This document shows positions 17,769 through 22,187 of a stretch of DNA of 22,187 nt, in pieces. The position numbers and the translations under genes were made by a program. Origin of the DNA: an uncultured Dictyoglomota bacterium (GTDB lineage: Bacteria > Dictyoglomota > Dictyoglomia > Dictyoglomales > Dictyoglomaceae); assembly GCA_964654465.1 (NCBI GenBank), contig CAZZIO010000004.1, forward strand, positions 1 to 22,187. Direction: 5' to 3'. The notes under the pieces were generated by a model. It had not been told where the DNA came from, searched no databases, and saw only the letters and a program-made list of their open reading frames with translations. Each line of letters starts with the position of its first letter. Within the stretch, counting starts at the first letter, position 1.

Positions 17769-20057
17769 TTATTTTATTGGCTTAGTCTCTTTTAGAATGA
17801 ATTCTATAAAATAATCTGAAAGCTCTGGATCAAATTGGGTACCTTTATACCTTTTTATCTCTTGAATAGCTTCATCGATGGTTAATTGTCTTTTATATGG
17901 TCTAAAAGCAGTCATGGCTTGAAAGCTATCAGCTAATGTAATAATTCTTGATAAAAAGGGTATATCATTTCCTGATAATCCATCAGGATAACCCTTTCCA
18001 TCCCATCTTTCATGGTGATGCCTAATTATTTTACTTATGTCTCTAAAGACTGATATATGGTGTAAAAGTTCTTCGCCCCATACAGGGTGCATTTTCATTA
18101 TCATATATTCCTCATCAGAAAGTTTTCCAGGTTTTTTCAGAATAAAATCTGGCACTTTTATCTTTCCAATATCATGAAGATAGGCAGAATACTCTAATCT
18201 TCTCATATCTTCCTCATTAAGAAGTAAACTTTTACCAAAATTTACTGTTATGTTACCTACTTCTTTTGAATGTCCTCCTGTATAAGGATCTCTTGCATCT
18301 ACCATCTCTACAATGGTGATTAATGTTTCACGATGAAGTTTAAATATCTTTTTTTCCATTTCCTCATTGTAAATATATGCAGAAATTAAAGGGGCAAATT
18401 TTTCTATAATGGAAAGGTCATCGTTAGTAAAAATTCTGTTTTCTCTTAGGCTGTTTATGTTTATTACCCCAACTGGTTCATTCTTGTGTATTAGCGGATA
18501 ACATATAGAGGATTTGATTTCAAAACGGGGTTCTATAATTTTAAATCTTTTATCTTTGTATACATCTTCTAATATTAAAGGTTCTCTGTGCTCTAAAACC
18601 CATCCTGCTATTCCCTCGCCTTCTTTTAGAACACTATTCTTTATTACCTCATGAGGTATATTTATCCCAACTTTAATTTTTAATATTTTATTTTCTTTAT
18701 CATAGATCATTATTGATCCTGCATCAGCTTTAAGAATATGTAAGACTCTTTTTAAAAGATTTTCTAAAAGAATATTTTCATCCTCTTTTTTGGAAAGTAG
18801 ATTCATAATTTCATTTATCTCTTTTTCCCTATCTATCTTCTCTTTTATATATAACCTTGTTAATGCATTTTGAAATTCTTCTGATAAAAGGTTAAAGTAA
18901 GTAATAGGATAAGGAATATTTTCTTCAATTATTAATACAGAATAAATATTTCCCTCTACCATAAAATATCTTCTATAACCTTCCATATTTTCTATGTCTT
19001 CAATTGTTAATGAATATCCTTTTTCTTGAGGATAGGAGTAGGCAAGAAAAAATTCTCCATTTTTTCTCTTGTAATATTTGATATTGGAATTGGGAAAAAG
19101 TTCTTTTAATTTTTCAAAATATACTTTTTCTATATCATCTAAGTTTTTTTGAGCTATATCTTTGAGAAAAGTGTATGCTAAATTGATCTCTTTAGTTCTC
19201 TTTTTTACTTCCCTCTTGAGATATTCTCTGCTTCCTAAAATGCCGATTAATAGAAGGATAATTATAGTAATCATAAAAATTAAAGCATTAGATACTGCTT
19301 CTTTCTTTTTATATTCCAGCCTTAGTAATACTTCTTCCCCAAACCATTTAGTTAAAAGATTTCTATAATGTGTACTATTTAGTATCTCAGTTAAGCCTTT
19401 TTTAATCTCAGAATAATAAGGGCTTCCTTTAGGAAGGGCAATACCTGCAAAACTTGAAAAGAGTTTATCTTGGAGTATTTTAAGTTGATCATTCCAATTA
19501 TTTTTATTTATGATATATCTTGCCACGTAGTAATTAAGTACTCCAGCCTCAGCTTTTCTTTCTATTAAAGCTTGAACAACAAGCTCAGAACTTTTAAAAG
19601 GAATAGTCTCTGTTATATCCTTTAAAAATATATGAGCTACATCTTGGTTTAAAACTGCAACTTTTTTATTTTTAAGATCACCAAAGCTTTGTATAGGTGA
19701 ATCAGAGGGTATTATTATTACACTAAAGCTCTCTAAATATGTGATAAAATCATATTTTCTTTTTCTTTCATCGGTTACCCTCATAAACTCTATGCCATCA
19801 ATTTCTCTTTTGTCAAGAAGTTCTACTGCTTCATTCCATGGTACTAGTATTATATTGATCTTTTTATTAATCCTTTTTTCCAACTCTCTTATAATATCTA
19901 CTGCAAACCCTTGAGGAATTCCCTGGGAGTCTATATATTCGATAGGAGGAAAGTTATAATCTCCTGCAAAGGTAAGAGTATTTGTGTTCTCACCTTTTGC
20001 AGGAAAAAACATTAATAATAGAAGTATTATGATTTTTAGGATTAGAAATTTTTTCAT
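17769..20057 (-). CDS. Membrane-bound HD-GYP c-di-GMP phosphodiesterase with extracytoplasmic solute-binding (family 3) sensor and GAF domain
   Basis: Signal sequence; SBP_bac_3 (DYNFPPIEY..QGFAVDI..PW..L...EID); TM helix; GAF (GEGIAGWVL..EPL...D..KDKRF, GVINI); DARDPYTGGHS, LHDIGK, KKPGKL, HHERWDGKGYPDGL, ADSFQAMT, GTQFDP. Confidence 0.92.
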   Translation of the reverse strand: MKKFLILKIIILLLLMFFPAKGENTNTLTFAGDYNFPPIEYIDSQGIPQGFAVDIIRELEKRINKKINIILVPWNEAVELLDKREIDGIEFMRVTDERKRKYDFITYLESFSVIIIPSDSPIQSFGDLKNKKVAVLNQDVAHIFLKDITETIPFKSSELVVQALIERKAEAGVLNYYVARYIINKNNWNDQLKILQDKLFSSFAGIALPKGSPYYSEIKKGLTEILNSTHYRNLLTKWFGEEVLLRLEYKKKEAVSNALIFMITIIILLLIGILGSREYLKREVKKRTKEINLAYTFLKDIAQKNLDDIEKVYFEKLKELFPNSNIKYYKRKNGEFFLAYSYPQEKGYSLTIEDIENMEGYRRYFMVEGNIYSVLIIEENIPYPITYFNLLSEEFQNALTRLYIKEKIDREKEINEIMNLLSKKEDENILLENLLKRVLHILKADAGSIMIYDKENKILKIKVGINIPHEVIKNSVLKEGEGIAGWVLEHREPLILEDVYKDKRFKIIEPRFEIKSSICYPLIHKNEPVGVININSLRENRIFTNDDLSIIEKFAPLISAYIYNEEMEKKIFKLHRETLITIVEMVDARDPYTGGHSKEVGNITVNFGKSLLLNEEDMRRLEYSAYLHDIGKIKVPDFILKKPGKLSDEEYMIMKMHPVWGEELLHHISVFRDISKIIRHHHERWDGKGYPDGLSGNDIPFLSRIITLADSFQAMTAFRPYKRQLTIDEAIQEIKRYKGTQFDPELSDYFIEFILKETKPIK

Positions 20058-20060
20058 GTA

Positions 20061-20095
20061 ATAAGAAAAAGAAGGACCCCCTTGAGGGTCCCCCT
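20061..20095 (-). terminator. Intrinsic terminator between the peptide gene and the HD-GYP gene
   Basis: The minus strand reads AGGGGGACCCT-CAAG-GGGGTCCTTCT (11-bp stem including G-U pairs) followed by TTTTCTT. The U-tract ends 5 nt before ATG20057. Confidence 0.8.
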
Positions 20096-20121
20096 CCCCC
20101 CTTCCAGATAATTTTTTTAGC

Positions 20122-20262
20122 TTACTTGTTAGAAAGATTTACTACAACCTCTACAGGTGGCTTAGAGGTATAGGTTTGGTTTTCACCTGGTGCTGGGTCA
20201 GCAAAAACAATATTAAATAATGATATAATCAATATTATTAAAATGGTTATTATTTTCTTCAT
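20122..20262 (-). CDS. Small secreted propeptide, 46 aa (not in the ORF track); candidate signalling peptide
   Basis: MKKIITILIILIISLFNIVFA-DPAPGENQTYTSKPPVEVVVNLSNK*. SD AAGGAGG (20277-20271) is 8 nt from the ATG. Classic Sec signal (KK, hydrophobic core, VFA cleavage). It has its own promoter and terminator. Confidence 0.85.
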   Translation of the reverse strand: MKKIITILIILIISLFNIVFADPAPGENQTYTSKPPVEVVVNLSNK

Positions 20263-20290
20263 TAACATATCCTCCTTTAAGATAACTTCT

Positions 20291-20320
20291 ATTTTAACAA
20301 TATATCTTTTTATTTGACAA
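20291..20320 (-). promoter_or_regulatory. Sigma70-type promoter of the peptide gene
   Basis: TTGTCA (20320-20315), 18 nt, then TAAAAT (20296-20291) with a TG extension (TGtTAAAAT). Confidence 0.65.
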
Positions 20321-20327
20321 TCAAATA
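20311..20327. promoter_or_regulatory. Perfect 7-3-7 inverted repeat, candidate operator
   Basis: TATTTGA-CAA-TCAAATA, overlapping the -35 of the peptide promoter. Confidence 0.55.
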
Positions 20328-20423
20328 TACTATTAATAAAGATTAAGATATTATCTACATTTTGAGATCCATGTTTCTATACTTTTTCTTATTTTTGATA
20401 TTGCTGTATCTAATATTACTTTT

Positions 20424-20432
20424 TGATATAAT
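20424..20432 (+). promoter_or_regulatory. Extended -10 promoter (TGaTATAAT) of the TPR-HTH gene; very short leader
   Basis: Consensus TGnTATAAT 11 nt before ATG20444, with no SD between them. Confidence 0.6.
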
Positions 20433-20443
20433 AAAACAAAAAT

Positions 20444-22090
20444 ATGTATAAAAAGGTACATACTATCTCTTATATTTTATTTAAATATGGTAATTTTTCC
20501 AAACCCTTTTTAAATCTTATGTTAGAGGAAAAATTGCCAAAGGAGTGGTATTATTATTTTGTTGCTCAGAGATATAAGTGGTCTCAGGATTATGAACTGG
20601 CTCTACAATATGTGGAAAAAGCCCTGAAACTTTCCAAAGATAATTTAACCCTATATTATATTTTGCTTTCGGATAAAGTTAATTTTCTTAGGTTTCTTAA
20701 AGACAAAAATGCTGAATTTATATTAGAGGATATTAGGAAAAATTTTTCTAAAATTCCCATTCTTGCCAGGAAGATAATTGCACCTATCCTGTATGATTAT
20801 TATCTAAAAAGGTCCTACGAGGGAAGATCTGCTAAGATACGTTTTTGGAGTAAGGAATATCTTAAAGATCCATCTACTTATGTTTTTATTCTTTGGAATA
20901 GGGCAAATATGGAAGTAATGGAGAATAACATAAGATCGGCAATAAGGCTATATTTTGAAGGAGCAAAAACTGCTTTAAAAATTCCCCATCCTACAGGAAT
21001 TTTATCTAATCTTAATAATGCTTCTTGGTATCTTAAAGATATACATCCTTGCTTTTCTCTTAACATATCTAAAAAGGCTTGTTATTATTTAGGCTGTTTT
21101 AGGGAGGATATGGAGGGAAGGTTTTATATTCTTGATACTTTGTTTGAGATACAAAAGATTGTAAGAGATGAAGATATATGGGAGACAGCGGAAATAATTT
21201 GTCTTTTATATGATGATCTTCCAGAAAAGGGAGGATGGGGAACAAAGGAGCATTATAAGAGTTTATTTGAGTTTTGTAATACTAAGAGAATTAATTTTGA
21301 TATCTCAAGTTATGAAAATACAAAAGAGCTTAGGGAGTATCTAATTAATATTGGAAAAGATAAAAAATTGTATGAGCTATCAGATATTTTGGGTATAAGT
21401 AAGCCTAATCTCTCAAAAATATTAAAAGGTTGGACTTTTAAGGTAAGATCAGAGACTATAAGAAATATACTTGAAAGGATAGATTTAAAAGTAGATTATA
21501 TGAATGATCCATATCCCATTGTAAATGAGTATGTAAAGTTAAAGATAATTATGGAATTTCTACAAAACAAAGAGAAGTTAAAGAAGATTTCAAAGGAAAA
21601 AAGGAAGATACTTTTTATAAGTACTTATATGAGTTTAATTAAGAGGAATGATTATAAAGGTAATTTTAATTTAAAAGAACTTTATAGTCTTTTTATAAAT
21701 GATATAGATCTTTTTATTCAAAAGGCTGAAAAAAATATGTTTATCATGTGGTTTACAAACAAGATTATTGGAAAATCTCATCCTCTTTTGGAGGGAAGAA
21801 AAGACCTTGCAGTTAAATTTTTTAATATATTGCCTTTGAAGAAAAGGGACAAATTTATAAATTACTATTTAAATCTTAATGAGAAAGATAGGATCTTAAT
21901 TGATGAATTTATAAGGAATTATGTGAGGTATGATAGGAAATGGGGTGTTTCTTTTTCTAAGGGTATGTTAAAAAATTTTATTCAAGAATTTAGATTAAAA
22001 CCTCTTCCTACATTACTTTCTGTCTACTCCTTGGATAAGAAATCAGAAAGAAAACGATTAGTAAATATACTTGATAAAATGGTGTTATAA
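20444..22090 (+). CDS. TPR-repeat + internal XRE-like helix-turn-helix protein, putative peptide-responsive regulator
   Basis: TPR-like helices YYYFVAQRYKWSQDYELALQYVEKALKL and ILWNRANMEVMENNIRSAIRLYFEGAKTALKIPHPTGILSNLNNASWYL. HTH at about aa 306-345: KKLYELSDILGISKPNLSKILKG..KVRSETIRNIL. Helical C-terminal domain. No signal peptide or TM segment. Confidence 0.72.
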   Translation: MYKKVHTISYILFKYGNFSKPFLNLMLEEKLPKEWYYYFVAQRYKWSQDYELALQYVEKALKLSKDNLTLYYILLSDKVNFLRFLKDKNAEFILEDIRKNFSKIPILARKIIAPILYDYYLKRSYEGRSAKIRFWSKEYLKDPSTYVFILWNRANMEVMENNIRSAIRLYFEGAKTALKIPHPTGILSNLNNASWYLKDIHPCFSLNISKKACYYLGCFREDMEGRFYILDTLFEIQKIVRDEDIWETAEIICLLYDDLPEKGGWGTKEHYKSLFEFCNTKRINFDISSYENTKELREYLINIGKDKKLYELSDILGISKPNLSKILKGWTFKVRSETIRNILERIDLKVDYMNDPYPIVNEYVKLKIIMEFLQNKEKLKKISKEKRKILFISTYMSLIKRNDYKGNFNLKELYSLFINDIDLFIQKAEKNMFIMWFTNKIIGKSHPLLEGRKDLAVKFFNILPLKKRDKFINYYLNLNEKDRILIDEFIRNYVRYDRKWGVSFSKGMLKNFIQEFRLKPLPTLLSVYSLDKKSERKRLVNILDKMVL

Positions 22091-22091
22091 T
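22083..22091 (+). promoter_or_regulatory. Extended -10 promoter (TGtTATAAT) for the last gene
   Basis: Consensus TGnTATAAT overlapping the stop codon of the TPR-HTH gene. Confidence 0.55.
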
Positions 22092-22123
22092 AAAGTATCC
22101 TCTTTTATAAAGAGGGTGTTAAT

Positions 22124-22187
22124 ATGAAATATATAGATACTTTGTCATTACTTCTCGAGGAAATAAAAAGGGAAAAAGAATCTATTG
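22124..22187 (+). CDS. 5' end of a gene, partial (MKYIDTLSLLLEEIKREKESI...), product unknown
   Basis: ATG with SD GAGGGTG 5 nt upstream; the frame is open to the window edge. Confidence 0.65.
   Translation, partial: MKYIDTLSLLLEEIKREKESI

Noticed and set aside
20122-20262. Small peptide as a RiPP/bacteriocin precursor or type I toxin
   Set aside because: No modifying enzymes, double-glycine leader, Cys or dedicated exporter nearby. The cleavable Sec signal and exposed SD argue against a type I toxin.
20314-20342. Perfect TTGACA on the + strand as a -35 for the TPR-HTH gene
   Set aside because: No good -10 at 16-18 nt spacing (TAAAGA). A consensus extended -10 lies closer to the gene, and the hexamer is explained by the palindrome and the minus-strand promoter.
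20392-20429. Direct repeat TTTTTGATAT (20392 and 20420)
   Set aside because: Low-complexity AT-rich 10-mer, and one copy is part of the extended -10; chance is plausible.
2875-21066. Other short ORF-track entries (2875-, 6476+, 8579+, 9859+, 11488+, 13537-, 13984+, 14556-, 14624+, 19162+, 20878-)
   Set aside because: All overlap well-supported genes, antisense or out of frame, with no protein-like motifs.
1-22187. CRISPR arrays, tRNA/rRNA, IS elements, prophage or defence genes
   Set aside because: No regularly spaced repeats, structured RNA genes, transposase/integrase motifs or phage genes were seen by eye.

Overview
AT-rich (roughly 30% GC by eye) bacterial window. The gene style suggests a thermophilic anaerobe such as Dictyoglomus; this is a guess, not a verified assignment. 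From left to right it contains: (1) a frameshifted 5' fragment of a secreted beta-propeller-repeat gene and a decayed spacer; (2) + strand genes for a DUF2961/GH172 protein, a membrane protein, a PHP metallohydrolase and a SIMPL/DUF541 protein; (3) a 7-gene minus-strand MoxR/DUF58/vWA envelope operon, in which one gene has a homopolymer frameshift at its 5' end; (4) a 3-gene operon of a DMT transporter, an Orn/Lys-type racemase and a COG2403 (ArcE-like arginine synthetase/cDPGS-like) protein; (5) the most notable part, at 17.8-22.1 kb. There, a 46-aa secreted propeptide gene missing from the ORF track has a strong SD and a promoter overlapped by a 7-3-7 palindrome. It is divergent from a TPR + XRE-HTH protein, and is followed through an intrinsic terminator by a membrane SBP-GAF-HD-GYP c-di-GMP phosphodiesterase. 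This layout resembles RRNPP/arbitrium-type peptide signalling, but the receptor has TPR before HTH and the output appears to be c-di-GMP. The layout is seen directly; the function is inferred.
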